This document shows, one piece after another, positions 11,202 through 21,318 of a stretch of 64,000 nucleotides of DNA. The position numbers and the translations under genes were made by a program. Below the pieces are notes generated by a model. The model ran no database searches and was not told the origin of the DNA. It saw only the letters and a program-made list of their open reading frames with translations. Origin of the DNA: a virus (taxonomy: Duplodnaviria > Caudoviricetes); the IMG/VR virus record IMGVR_UViG_3300014039_000541, positions 1 to 64,000 of that record; one strand, written 5' to 3'. How positions within the stretch are numbered: the stretch's first letter is position 1; every line of letters starts with the position of its first letter.

Positions 11202-11755
11202 TATTCTTTATAAAATAATCCTTGTCTATTAAATGTATCTATTTCATTTTCAATATCCATCTTTGCACCCAATTGCATTATCCATTCATTTAATGGTATA
11301 TTATCTTTCAATAATTGATTTATATTACTATAAAATCTCTCACCATTTATATTAATTTGTTTTTGTGTATAATTATCTATACCATTATCATTTGCTTCAT
11401 TTGTATTAGAAATAAACATAGATGTTGAGAATGTATTATGTAAGTTATTATTAATTACAAAATCTGATGCATAACACCAACAGCATATTATATTTTTTGC
11501 ATGAACTAAATTTACATTAAATTCATGTAATAAATATTTTTCTTTATTAAAATTTGGAAATAATAAACCTTTTGCTGTACCATGTCCCAAAAATAATATA
11601 GTATCATCTTCTGATATAATTGCATTATTAACTATATCTTCATAACCATCTATATCTGGTGTTATTTCTATAAGATGTATATTATCTAATCCTTGCCATG
11701 CATTTCTAATAACTTGACAATCTGGATCTAACATATTTGAAAATATAATAGTCAT
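11201..11755 (-). CDS. Hypothetical protein, possible caspase/gingipain-fold (clan CD) peptidase
   Basis: ILFLGHG followed about 35 aa later by IICCWCYAS, a His-Gly...Cys dyad arrangement. Confidence 0.5.
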   Translation of the reverse strand: MTIIFSNMLDPDCQVIRNAWQGLDNIHLIEITPDIDGYEDIVNNAIISEDDTILFLGHGTAKGLLFPNFNKEKYLLHEFNVNLVHAKNIICCWCYASDFVINNNLHNTFSTSMFISNTNEANDNGIDNYTQKQININGERFYSNINQLLKDNIPLNEWIMQLGAKMDIENEIDTFNRQGLFYKE

Positions 11756-11774
11756 AATTTATTCATTTTAATAA

Positions 11775-12653
11775 TTAATCATATATTTCATGTTTATACG
11801 CAGATAATGTATTTTGCATAAGCATTGCAATCGTCATAGGTCCGACTCCTCCAGGTACAGGTGTAATATAACTACATAACGGTGCAACTTCATTATATTT
11901 TACATCTCCACATAATCTAAATCCTGACTTTTTTGTATTATCAGGAATTCGTGTTGTACCAACATCAATAACAACTGCATTTTCTTTTATCATATCTGCA
12001 GTTACAAATTCAGGTTTACCAAGAGCTACAATTAATATATCTGCATGTTTTGTTATTTCCTTTAAATTCTCAGTATGTGAATGGCATACTGTTACTGTTG
12101 AATCTCCATATTGTTTTTGAACCATCAATGTAGACATAGGTTTACCAACAATATTACTACGTCCAATAATAACACAATGTTTTCCTTTTGTTTCAATATT
12201 ATATCTTTTCAATAATTCAAAAATACCTTTTGGCGTAGCTGATATATAACAAGGTAAACCTATATTTAATCGTCCTACATTAATTGGATGAAAACCATCT
12301 ACATCCTTTTTATAATCAATTGTTTCAATTATTTTTTGTTCATTAATATGTTTAGGTAATGGAAGTTGAACTATAAAACCATCTACATTCGGATTATTAT
12401 TTAATAATATAATTTTATTAATTAAATCTTCTTCTGATATATTATCTTCATATTGGTATACTGTACTTTTAAATCCACATGCTTCACAAGCTTTAACTTT
12501 ATTTCGTACATATGTTTCAGATCCTCCATCATGACCTACTATTATTGCTACAAGATGTGGTTGTCGTCCTCCTTTATTTATAATATTATCAACTTCATTT
12601 TTTATTTCTTCTTTAATTTGAGTTGATATTAATTTCCCATCTATAATATTCAT
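11775..12653 (-). CDS. folD: Bifunctional methylenetetrahydrofolate dehydrogenase/cyclohydrolase
   Basis: [28 protein letters not shown] and [11 protein letters not shown] motifs. Confidence 0.97.
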   Translation of the reverse strand: MNIIDGKLISTQIKEEIKNEVDNIINKGGRQPHLVAIIVGHDGGSETYVRNKVKACEACGFKSTVYQYEDNISEEDLINKIILLNNNPNVDGFIVQLPLPKHINEQKIIETIDYKKDVDGFHPINVGRLNIGLPCYISATPKGIFELLKRYNIETKGKHCVIIGRSNIVGKPMSTLMVQKQYGDSTVTVCHSHTENLKEITKHADILIVALGKPEFVTADMIKENAVVIDVGTTRIPDNTKKSGFRLCGDVKYNEVAPLCSYITPVPGGVGPMTIAMLMQNTLSAYKHEIYD

Positions 12654-13594
12654 TTTTCTAAATTATTTTTATTTCGTTCTAATGGTGAAAATAAAGTTAA
12701 AAATGTTATAGATTCTGGATCATACATATCTTTTATTGCTGTCGCCGAATCAGATATGGTTTTACCCGATGTGACTGTATCATCTATAACCAGTATTTTC
12801 TTACCATTTAAATACTTACCATATGTTATTTCATCTTTATACAATTTATTAATGCCTAATGATTTTATAATACATTTTCGTAATTCTTGTTGGGGTATAA
12901 ATTTATAAGAAAAAATACCATCATTACCTTTGTTTTCTTTAGGTTTCATCATATTAGAAATTGCTTCATATAATAAATCATGTATATGTTCCTGCTCATC
13001 TTCATTATAATGTGTTTCTAGATAATTAGTATCAAGAAAATTTTCATACACATCATTAGCACCATATTTATAAAAGAAATCCTCATATGATGTTTCATGA
13101 TTTATAAGTCTCCTTATTCTATATAAAACTTCGGTATTTAATTTATTAGAAGATGGTGTGGTAATAATAACATCAAAATTTTCTTTAAGCTCTTTTGTTA
13201 CTGAAACAAATCTACGTAATAATGCAAATATGTCATATGATGGATTTTTAAATTTCCATCCTCTTATATCTTTAAGTGCATATATAACAGGATTTCCATC
13301 ATGTTTATCTTCAGTTTCTTTACGTTTAAATATTGAAATTACCTTATAACCTTCTACTTCATTATATATAGGTTTTGGATTCCATGGATCATTTGTATCT
13401 ACATAATTCTGATGATTTGGATTAAATGATACAAGTCGTTTTCTTTGATCTATATCTATTCCTTCAAATATATTATCTATACAATTATTTATAGATATTA
13501 ATATATTTGATTCATTAATATCACTAATATTATATTTCTTTAATATATCTTTAACGGATTCCGATATATTTTCTTTTAATAATTCTTTATTCAT
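12650..13594 (-). CDS. Type I phosphoribosyltransferase-domain protein
   Basis: PRPP-binding motif [13 protein letters not shown] near the C-terminus. Confidence 0.8.
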   Translation of the reverse strand: MNKELLKENISESVKDILKKYNISDINESNILISINNCIDNIFEGIDIDQRKRLVSFNPNHQNYVDTNDPWNPKPIYNEVEGYKVISIFKRKETEDKHDGNPVIYALKDIRGWKFKNPSYDIFALLRRFVSVTKELKENFDVIITTPSSNKLNTEVLYRIRRLINHETSYEDFFYKYGANDVYENFLDTNYLETHYNEDEQEHIHDLLYEAISNMMKPKENKGNDGIFSYKFIPQQELRKCIIKSLGINKLYKDEITYGKYLNGKKILVIDDTVTSGKTISDSATAIKDMYDPESITFLTLFSPLERNKNNLEK

Positions 13595-13627
13595 AATTTA
13601 TTTTTTATTTAATTTTATATATTATCA

Positions 13628-13635
13628 CAAAGATA
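13628..13635 (-). promoter_or_regulatory. Bacteroidota sigmaA-type -7 element (TATCTTTG)
   Basis: Exact TAnnTTTG upstream of the PRTase-folD operon. Confidence 0.6.
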
Positions 13636-13658
13636 CACACATTATTATATAATAAAAA

Positions 13659-13693
13659 ATTCCATATGTTTAAAATTTATTAACATATGGAAT
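13659..13693 (-). terminator. Terminator hairpin after the topoisomerase large subunit
   Basis: TTCCATATGTT...AACATATGGAA inverted repeat. Confidence 0.6.
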
Positions 13694-13700
13694 TATATAA

Positions 13701-15605
13701 TTAAACTTCATTCTTAAGTAATGATTTTCTCTCTTTTGCAATACCCTTTCCAAACCATGTTTTAATAGTCATATCAGAAAGTTCATCTTTCTTAAAGAAA
13801 TGAAGAACAGAATTTCTCATCATATCCTTATAATCTTCATTCGTACTTGAACCAAGACCTTTTAAATATGTTATCTTGTATCCTTTCAATGAATTTTCTT
13901 TCTTCCTAAATTCATCCATCGTATAAAATTTCTGAACATCGTTTCCTTTAACAGCTTTAATAATAGGTGTAATACATCTACAAATTAAACCTGCATCATA
14001 AAGTTCTGGCCATAAATTAAAGAATGTTAAAAGAAGACCTGCGATTTTACTACCATCAAAATCAGCATCTGTTGCTATAACCAATTTACTGAAATTCAAT
14101 TTCTTCACATCTACAGGTTCACCCCATTGTAAACCGATGATATTAAATAAATCAGACAACTCTTTATTTGCCATAATCTTTGTTGGAGCAAGTCCCATTA
14201 CATTAAGAATTACTCCTCGTAACATATATGCTGCTTGTGTTTGTGGGTCTCTTGCTGCTCTAAATCCTGCGCGTGCAGAATCACCCTCGAATATCCAAAG
14301 CTCTCTATCAGCTGATCTTTTAGAATTTGCATCAATGAATTTATCATTATTACGAATTTTCGCTTTAGCTTGTCTATTAAGTTTTCTTAATGTTTTTTGA
14401 TCCTCTACTTCACATTTTTGTTTATACCAATCTATTACAATATCTACAATCTCTGATTTCAAAACAGACTTAATAAATGAATCTGGTACCTTAAATGTAT
14501 ACTTATTATCATTTGAAAATCTTTCAACTACTGTTGTCAAACATTCCTTTGTCTGTGAATCATAAGACGGATTATTAACATGGAATGTACAGAACATTGA
14601 ATATTTTCCATCTACATTCTTTGGTGTAATATCAATTTTTTCTTTTGATAAAAGATATGCAGATACAGCAGAATTAATTTCATTTCTAACCGCTTTGATA
14701 TGTGTTCCTCTTGAGCATTCAGCACCATTCACAAATCCAACATTAATACCATTATCAGGAAATACCCAAACTTGCATGATAGAATCAGAAAACTTCAACA
14801 TTTGTTCTGTATCTACATAATCAGAAAATAAATCAATATACTCATCAAATGCACGAAAATGCCATTCAGATTCTCTAACAACATCATTACCATTTGTATA
14901 TTTAAAATGAACAGTTAAACCTATATTAGCGGCAGCTGCATCAATACAACGTTTTTCTATAATATTAATAAAATCTTCCGAGAACTCATTACCACATTCA
15001 AATCTAGAAAAATCAACGTCAAATGTACTTTCTGTAAAATGATCTTTCGTGGTCTTAACTTGTAAATCATCATTCATTTCTCGCATGTTATTCTTCCATG
15101 ATCTATAATATGAATGTTTCTTATCTGCTGTATATATAGAAAAAAACGTAGAGAATATATTACAAATTTTACTACCAAGACCGTTTGTACCTATTACATC
15201 TCTATCTTCTGAATCATCAAAATTACTACTTGTCCTTAGTTGTGAGAATATAAATTCAGGAATATAAATTCCTGCTTCCTTATGTTTAACAACAGGAATA
15301 CCACCATTATCTCTTACGATTACTCGTCCATGCTTATCAATGGTAACAGACATTTCTGTCAATCCCATATTATCTATTCTTCTATACTCATCACATGAAT
15401 TTGATATAATCTCATCCAACATCTTTAACAATGCTGGTGTATATTCAACATCAACTAATTTCATCTTTGCATCATCTGATGAATATAAAAACATTTGCTT
15501 ATTCTCATTCTTTACGGAACCTATATACATACCTGATCTATTCAAGATATGATCTAATTCCGACATACTTTGATACTTACTTTCTAAACTCTTCTTGCTT
15601 ACCAT
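13701..15605 (-). CDS. DNA topoisomerase II, GyrB/ParE-like ATPase+TOPRIM subunit (T4 gp39+gp60-like)
   Basis: HILNRSGMYIGS, EIISNSCDE, DNGGIP, GTNGLGSK, EGDSA, TDADFDG and YLKGLG motifs; no TAG. Confidence 0.95.
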   Translation of the reverse strand: MVSKKSLESKYQSMSELDHILNRSGMYIGSVKNENKQMFLYSSDDAKMKLVDVEYTPALLKMLDEIISNSCDEYRRIDNMGLTEMSVTIDKHGRVIVRDNGGIPVVKHKEAGIYIPEFIFSQLRTSSNFDDSEDRDVIGTNGLGSKICNIFSTFFSIYTADKKHSYYRSWKNNMREMNDDLQVKTTKDHFTESTFDVDFSRFECGNEFSEDFINIIEKRCIDAAAANIGLTVHFKYTNGNDVVRESEWHFRAFDEYIDLFSDYVDTEQMLKFSDSIMQVWVFPDNGINVGFVNGAECSRGTHIKAVRNEINSAVSAYLLSKEKIDITPKNVDGKYSMFCTFHVNNPSYDSQTKECLTTVVERFSNDNKYTFKVPDSFIKSVLKSEIVDIVIDWYKQKCEVEDQKTLRKLNRQAKAKIRNNDKFIDANSKRSADRELWIFEGDSARAGFRAARDPQTQAAYMLRGVILNVMGLAPTKIMANKELSDLFNIIGLQWGEPVDVKKLNFSKLVIATDADFDGSKIAGLLLTFFNLWPELYDAGLICRCITPIIKAVKGNDVQKFYTMDEFRKKENSLKGYKITYLKGLGSSTNEDYKDMMRNSVLHFFKKDELSDMTIKTWFGKGIAKERKSLLKNEV

Positions 15606-15660
15606 AAATCTTATTTAATCGAAAAAATCTTTTTATTATATATCTAAAAATGTTAAAAAG

Positions 15661-15924
15661 TTATTTTTTACACTTATTTTTTATCTATAACATTAGATAC
15701 CGACATTTTACATAATACTGTATTAATTAATGTTTCTTTATCAGGTATCAGATAATTTAATATATCATAATTAAACTCACTTAAATCTAAATTATTAATA
15801 TTATTACGTATATATATATTATATCTATATCATTATCAGTTTGTAATGTACCTATTGATTCTTCTATTGCCTACTTTACACTTATTGATATATCTTTAAT
15901 TAATTCTTTATATAATCTTTCCAT
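15661..15924 (-). CDS. Small hypothetical protein, 87 aa, TAG=Gln (absent from ORF track)
   Basis: ATG 15924, MERLYKELIKDISISVK(TAG)AIEESIG..., TAA 15661-15663. N-terminus resembles that of the 9701 gene. Confidence 0.6.
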
Positions 15925-15996
15925 ATTAATTAAAATATTTTCTTATTTATTAACTTATATTTGTAGTTTATATTTTTTTATTATAATTATTTTATG

Positions 15997-16004
15997 TATC
16001 TTTG
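15997..16004 (+). promoter_or_regulatory. Bacteroidota sigmaA-type -7 element (TATCTTTG)
   Basis: TGTATCTTTGTA with an upstream TTTTTTATT tract; 53 nt before ATG 16058. Confidence 0.65.
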
Positions 16005-16057
16005 TATTAGTTTAAATTAAATAAAGTATTATTAATTTTTTAAAAAACTTATACGTT

Positions 16058-16732
16058 ATGAAGAAATTTATTTTTATGATTATCGCAATGTTTGCGATTA
16101 CGGTTACAAGTTATGCAAGTAAAAAGGATACTACAGAGATTCATAATCTCCGTGTAGAGAATCAAAAGTTGCAACAGTATATTAATGAATATGGTCCAAA
16201 AAATGATGGATATTCATTTGATGATATATCACCAGTAATGGAATATGCATTGGAAACTGGTACAGGCGAAATCCGTGCTTATGGTATTGGTGAATCAAAG
16301 AACCAAATGTTTGCACTTAACAAGGCAAAGGCTGCGGCATCTGCAAGTATTCGTCAAAAGATGGAACTTTATATTCGCTATGGCATTGATCAATATAATG
16401 ATGAATTGGAAACAGATGAAGGATCAACTATCAGTAATAAATCTCGTGAGCAAATCGTAACTGCATGTAAGGGAATCACTGAAGGTATTTCTGTTGTTAA
16501 AGTAGCAAAATATTATAATCGTTATAAGAATATGTATCGATTTGAAGTTTGTGTAAAGTATGATAAGGAGAATATTATTGATACAATGAAGAAGCAAGAT
16601 CGTACGATTCTTAAGAAAGAAAAAGAATTTGAACGTGATATGATGGAAGCATGGGATGAACTTGATAGTTATCAAGCTGATAAAAAGAGAAAAGCATCTG
16701 ATGATAATGAATCTGTCTCATCAGAAGATTAA
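16058..16732 (+). CDS. Secreted LPP20-like protein
   Basis: Signal peptide MKKFIFMIIAMFAITVTSYA; RAYGIGES...A...AK..A motif. Confidence 0.65.
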   Translation: MKKFIFMIIAMFAITVTSYASKKDTTEIHNLRVENQKLQQYINEYGPKNDGYSFDDISPVMEYALETGTGEIRAYGIGESKNQMFALNKAKAAASASIRQKMELYIRYGIDQYNDELETDEGSTISNKSREQIVTACKGITEGISVVKVAKYYNRYKNMYRFEVCVKYDKENIIDTMKKQDRTILKKEKEFERDMMEAWDELDSYQADKKRKASDDNESVSSED

Positions 16733-16791
16733 CTGATAACATTAAATAAAATTAAGTAAAATATAGTTTAACATTAATTATATTATAGGTT

Positions 16792-17337
16792 ATGAAATAT
16801 ATTCTATCTTTCCTTATTTGTATCTTTATGTATACAAATAGTTTTTCACAAGCAATTAGTGAAAAGAATAAAGTAAAACTTCGTAATAAAGTCGTATCAG
16901 AATATATAGAAAATGGTGTAACAGGATGTAATGTTTATAAGACATCAAACGGTAATGTTCTTGTTTCCATTATTAAAATTGCAAATAATAGGAATCCTGA
17001 ATACATTGATAGAATTGCTAATATGAAGGCAACTCGTTCAGTCGTTGAATTTCTAAAAGGTGCTAGGAACCGTTCTTATTCTGTATATAATGTAGAAGAT
17101 TCAGAATCAAATCTCTATACAGAAAATTCTGATGGAAATAATGATTTGGGTAATTCTGATATAAGTGCATCAACATCAACGAATATGAATGAAAATTCGC
17201 ATAATTCAGATAGTTATACGTTTACAGATGAAATAGTTCAATCATCTATTGGTGAAGTTAGGAATCTTTCTATGTTAAAGAAGATAACTGAACGAAATAC
17301 AAATGTTTACATTTATTATATTAAGTTAAAAAAGTAA
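16792..17337 (+). CDS. Secreted hypothetical protein (LPP20-like fold possible)
   Basis: Signal peptide MKYILSFLICIFMYTNSFSQ; RIANMKATRSVVEFL segment. Confidence 0.6.
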   Translation: MKYILSFLICIFMYTNSFSQAISEKNKVKLRNKVVSEYIENGVTGCNVYKTSNGNVLVSIIKIANNRNPEYIDRIANMKATRSVVEFLKGARNRSYSVYNVEDSESNLYTENSDGNNDLGNSDISASTSTNMNENSHNSDSYTFTDEIVQSSIGEVRNLSMLKKITERNTNVYIYYIKLKK

Positions 17338-17344
17338 ATTCATT

Positions 17345-18286
17345 ATGAGAAGATTTATTATATTTTTATTTCTTTCTATTATAACAATTAGTTGTTTTGG
17401 AAATGATGTTACTATTGTATCAGAGGGAACTGGTAAGAATAAATCAGAAGCAACAATGTCTGCATTAAGATTTGCATTAACAGAAGCATATGGTACATAT
17501 ATATCATCTCGTTCATCTATTGATACAAATGATTTGTTTTCGGATGAAACTGTTATGATTACAAATGGTAATATCAAATCATATAAAGAAATATCATATA
17601 ATGAATCTTCTCATACTATTAAGTTAAGTGTTGTCGTATCACTTGATAAACTTAATAATTATGTAGAAAATCATGGTTCATCAGTTTCTATTGATGGTTC
17701 TAGATTAATTGCTAATAGAGAAATTAAAGCAACGAATAGAGGAAATGCTGATATATCATTTAATCATTTCTTAGAAAAACTTACTGAAACTGCATGTAAA
17801 ATGTATAATTATTCATTAACTGTAGGTGAACCAAAAGTCGAAGGAAATTTTGTATATCTTAATATTTGTATTAAATGTACAGATAACATAGAACAACAGA
17901 AAACCTTTAATAATATATACAATAATTCATTAAGAGATATTTATAAAAAATATGATATGTCTGATGAATATGTAAGGTATCAAGTAAATAATTATCAAGG
18001 TATTGTTAATAAACTTAATGTATTTGGGTTTTATAGTTTTATATTAAAAGATAATTTAGGTAATAAAGTAGAATTTATTTGGTCTGATACTGCATTGAGA
18101 GAACATACACGTTTGATGTGTTGTGAAAAATATAATAATGGAGCCGGCATTTATTGTAAAAGTTATAATTACTTATGGATGTATAGAAATGGTTCTATTA
18201 GAAATGGTAATAATATAAAGTTTACATTAAAATATAAAATTAATGACTTTAAAATGCTAAAAAATATTGAAGTTTTACCAGATTAA
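17345..18286 (+). CDS. Secreted/lipoprotein-like hypothetical protein
   Basis: Signal peptide; V..EGTG....EA..SALR.AL..AYGTYISS (LPP20/FlgT-N-like). Confidence 0.6.
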   Translation: MRRFIIFLFLSIITISCFGNDVTIVSEGTGKNKSEATMSALRFALTEAYGTYISSRSSIDTNDLFSDETVMITNGNIKSYKEISYNESSHTIKLSVVVSLDKLNNYVENHGSSVSIDGSRLIANREIKATNRGNADISFNHFLEKLTETACKMYNYSLTVGEPKVEGNFVYLNICIKCTDNIEQQKTFNNIYNNSLRDIYKKYDMSDEYVRYQVNNYQGIVNKLNVFGFYSFILKDNLGNKVEFIWSDTALREHTRLMCCEKYNNGAGIYCKSYNYLWMYRNGSIRNGNNIKFTLKYKINDFKMLKNIEVLPD

Positions 18287-18310
18287 TTTTTTTATTTAAA
18301 ACAAAATGTG

Positions 18311-18318
18311 TATCTTTG
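18311..18318 (+). promoter_or_regulatory. Bacteroidota sigmaA-type -7 element (TATCTTTG)
   Basis: Same motif context as 15997; upstream of a small-gene cluster. Confidence 0.65.
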
Positions 18319-18365
18319 TATTATAAAAATAACAATTAAAAATAATAATTTAAAATATAAAAATT

Positions 18366-18548
18366 ATGGTTGTAAATAATTTACCAAATAAGTTTAACGA
18401 GTATAAAACTGAATATCCTTATACTGTTGTAAGAGAATGTCCAGATGGTTATTGGTATTATGGAGTTTACAATAATATTGAATATGCATCTCGTGTTGCA
18501 ACTAGTATAGGTAATGGTCTTGTTGTTGAATCTAAAACAATTGAATAA
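18366..18548 (+). CDS. Small hypothetical protein
   Basis: 60 aa, AATTATG start context. Confidence 0.6.
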   Translation: MVVNNLPNKFNEYKTEYPYTVVRECPDGYWYYGVYNNIEYASRVATSIGNGLVVESKTIE

Positions 18549-18550
18549 TT

Positions 18551-18919
18551 ATGGATAATCATATTTTAAGTGACTTAAAAAATAAGTTTATTGAAGAAGA
18601 ATCCTTTCGTCTTAAAGAAAAAAAGATAAAAGAATTACAACATTATAAAGAGCATGGTTTTAAATCATGGGAAGAACTTTTATCATATATAAAAACAGGT
18701 AAAACTGTATACAATTATAATGATACATTATCTTGGAATCATAGAACAAATTTGATAAGGTATCATCATCAGACAAGTGATGGTAGTGATTGTAATTTCT
18801 GGTATACTAACAGTTATTTTACAGAAGAAGAATTTCTTAGTTGGAAACATGATGTTGATAACCGCTATCCAGAGAATGCACGTAATGAATATGGTTATAT
18901 TAATGAATGGGTAAGATAA
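18551..18919 (+). CDS. Hypothetical protein
   Basis: 122 aa, tightly packed in operon. Confidence 0.65.
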   Translation: MDNHILSDLKNKFIEEESFRLKEKKIKELQHYKEHGFKSWEELLSYIKTGKTVYNYNDTLSWNHRTNLIRYHHQTSDGSDCNFWYTNSYFTEEEFLSWKHDVDNRYPENARNEYGYINEWVR

Positions 18920-18922
18920 GTT

Positions 18923-19273
18923 ATGAGTAAAAATAAAATTTTAACAGTATATATTGCAAGAGATAATAGAACATATAAAAAAGATGATACAGATCATCTA
19001 GAACTATATGGAAAATTGCATATATTTTATGATACTCCTATATGGAATTATGATACATGTAAATGGGAGTTAGCCCGTCAAATTGGTGATGAAGTACCTG
19101 GATATATGTTTCCGAACATTAAAGAAAAAGAATGTCGTAAATTTATCTCTTTTTCTAATGATCATCAAAATCAATTATCTACATTATGTGAAATGTATGT
19201 TGCAATGAATAAAATGAAGCAAGAAAATGATAATAAAGAAAACAAAGAACAAAATAATGTGCAAATGGTATGA
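18923..19273 (+). CDS. Hypothetical protein
   Basis: 116 aa, YIARD motif near the N-terminus. Confidence 0.6.
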   Translation: MSKNKILTVYIARDNRTYKKDDTDHLELYGKLHIFYDTPIWNYDTCKWELARQIGDEVPGYMFPNIKEKECRKFISFSNDHQNQLSTLCEMYVAMNKMKQENDNKENKEQNNVQMV

Positions 19274-19457
19274 TGTATTATCATATTATTTTCAATTAAT
19301 ATTTTATTACATTACATTTATTATACCGTTTCCATTTATGTGGTTATATTGTGTATGTATAGATTTTTATCTAAATAAACCTTATGATCCTAGATATGAA
19401 TATGAATTTATACCAGAATATGGTGAAGTAACAGATAATTTTGGAAATGTTTATTAA
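19227..19457 (+). CDS. Small putative membrane protein
   Basis: 76 aa with one long hydrophobic/aromatic segment. Confidence 0.45.
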   Translation: MIIKKTKNKIMCKWYDVLSYYFQLIFYYITFIIPFPFMWLYCVCIDFYLNKPYDPRYEYEFIPEYGEVTDNFGNVY

Positions 19458-19486
19458 AAATATTTTTTATTTATAATAATTATATG

Positions 19487-19494
19487 TATCTTTG
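19487..19494 (+). promoter_or_regulatory. Bacteroidota sigmaA-type -7 element (TATCTTTG)
   Basis: Same motif context; 33 nt before ATG 19528. Confidence 0.65.
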
Positions 19495-19527
19495 TATTGT
19501 TATTAAATTAATTAAAATACAAAGATT

Positions 19528-19743
19528 ATGGCAGATAAAAAATATTATATTGGTTCTGGTAATTATTTTGGTAAATGTGAAGCAAATAATACATTTTATA
19601 ATGAGATGTTACCTTTGTTAAAGAAATTAAAAATTGATGAAACAGATATTGATAAAATAGCAAATATCGTTTCTGAAATTTATAATTCAGCATATAATGA
19701 TGGGTATGATAATGCAGAACATGAAGTCTCTGAATATTATTAA
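19528..19743 (+). CDS. Small hypothetical protein
   Basis: 71-aa ORF. Confidence 0.6.
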   Translation: MADKKYYIGSGNYFGKCEANNTFYNEMLPLLKKLKIDETDIDKIANIVSEIYNSAYNDGYDNAEHEVSEYY

Positions 19744-19757
19744 AATAATAATTAATT

Positions 19758-20114
19758 ATGAATATTATAACATTAACTGAGCTTATTAATACATTAATTA
19801 ATGGTAATGATTATCCATCTGGAATAAATATTACCATCAATAGAAATGAATTAATATATGATAACACATTATCAGTATATAATAATTTATATTATAAGCA
19901 TCAACATACAGGTGCTTATTTATTTGTACAACATACAGATGATGAGAATTATGTATCAATTCATATTATTCTTCCAAATGAATCACCAAAAACTGACTAT
20001 TGGAAACATCATTTAGCAGATGATTTTGGAGATAATCCATATGTATGGGATAAACTCGATGATAATTATGAATCAACAGAATTTGATGTAGAATATAAAT
20101 TCGAAATCACTTAA
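19758..20114 (+). CDS. Hypothetical protein
   Basis: 118-aa acidic ORF. Confidence 0.6.
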   Translation: MNIITLTELINTLINGNDYPSGINITINRNELIYDNTLSVYNNLYYKHQHTGAYLFVQHTDDENYVSIHIILPNESPKTDYWKHHLADDFGDNPYVWDKLDDNYESTEFDVEYKFEIT

Positions 20115-20138
20115 ATGAAACAGATTTTAGAAACAATA

Positions 20139-20188
20139 TATGCAAACAAACATTAATTATACACAAAATATTAATGTTTGTTTGCATA
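20139..20188. repeat. Perfect 19-bp inverted repeat
   Basis: TATGCAAACAAACATTAAT / ATTAATGTTTGTTTGCATA with a 12-nt loop. Confidence 0.85.
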
Positions 20189-20203
20189 AAATAATAATTA
20201 TTT

Positions 20204-20872
20204 TTGATGAAAAAGAAAACAAATACAGAATTATTTCATGAATTAGAAGATGAAATAAAAAAATATGATAATAATATTTTAAAAAATTATCCACAATATA
20301 AAATACTTTATTCTTGTAATACTAATTTGAGAGGTATACCTGTAAATGAATGGGAAGTTACATCCATTTCTGTATCATATATAGATGAAAATAGTAGAAC
20401 TATTTTTTATCCAAAAATAAAAGATAAATTTCGTTATTCTAAAAAAGATATTGAAATATTACAAGATTATTTTAATAATATTAAAAGAGCAAAATATGAA
20501 ATTTGGTATTATTTATATTCTAAGCAGAAATATGTAGATCTTAAAGGTGAAATTTCATATGGTACTTGTAAATGTGGCATAAAATATACACAAATTAATA
20601 ATAAAGAATATTCACCAAATAAACAAGATTGCTTAAATTATAAGTGCCAATTTGAAAATAAACAACGTGAATTAAAAAAGAAATATTATGAATATAAAAA
20701 AGGATATACACCTTGTGATTATTGTATGAAGCAAGTTCCAACAGATAAGTTAGTTCATAAAACAATTATATCACGTGCAAGAATACAAGGTATTATGAAA
20801 GTTGTTTCACAAGAAATGAATTTTTGCTCAGGCGAATGCGCATATTATATGCAATGTTCATTAGAAGGATAA
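20204..20872 (+). CDS. Hypothetical protein with C-terminal Zn finger (CxxC...FCSxxC)
   Basis: PCDYCMK...NFCSGEC. Confidence 0.6.
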   Translation: MMKKKTNTELFHELEDEIKKYDNNILKNYPQYKILYSCNTNLRGIPVNEWEVTSISVSYIDENSRTIFYPKIKDKFRYSKKDIEILQDYFNNIKRAKYEIWYYLYSKQKYVDLKGEISYGTCKCGIKYTQINNKEYSPNKQDCLNYKCQFENKQRELKKKYYEYKKGYTPCDYCMKQVPTDKLVHKTIISRARIQGIMKVVSQEMNFCSGECAYYMQCSLEG

Positions 20873-20889
20873 CATTAATTTTTATTATT

Positions 20890-21189
20890 ATGAAAGATTT
20901 ATTGGGTAGAGTAATTAAGATTGGTGATGTTGTCGCTATAGCAGAATCTAAACATGCTGATATAATAGCAGGAGTTGTAACTGGATTTACAAAAATAAAA
21001 GTATCAATTAATCCATTTTTTGTTTATAATCAATTTAGTGATACTCTTAAAACAATTTGTACATATGACAAAGAAAAAGGTGGGTATCTTCGTGAACCTA
21101 ATCAAGTTGTTATAATGAATAAAGAAGACTTCACTATGATGACACAAAATGAATACTATAATATGATTAAGAAAATATCGGAAAATTAA
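20890..21189 (+). CDS. Hypothetical protein
   Basis: Likely starts at MKDLLGRVIKIGDVV (ATG 20890) rather than at the track's upstream start. Confidence 0.6.
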   Translation: MKDLLGRVIKIGDVVAIAESKHADIIAGVVTGFTKIKVSINPFFVYNQFSDTLKTICTYDKEKGGYLREPNQVVIMNKEDFTMMTQNEYYNMIKKISEN

Positions 21190-21190
21190 T

Positions 21191-21274
21191 ATCATATTCT
21201 CTCTGTATCGCATTAAAATATGTTAAGCAATAAACTATAAGGCTTATATAGAAATAATGTGATACAGAGAGAAT
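21191..21274. repeat. Long imperfect inverted-repeat element, copy 1
   Basis: ATTCTCTCTGTATCGCATTA ... TAATGTGATACAGAGAGAAT arms. Confidence 0.7.
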
Positions 21275-21318
21275 TTTATTATTTTACATAATTATTTTTT
21301 TATTTCAATTAAAATATG

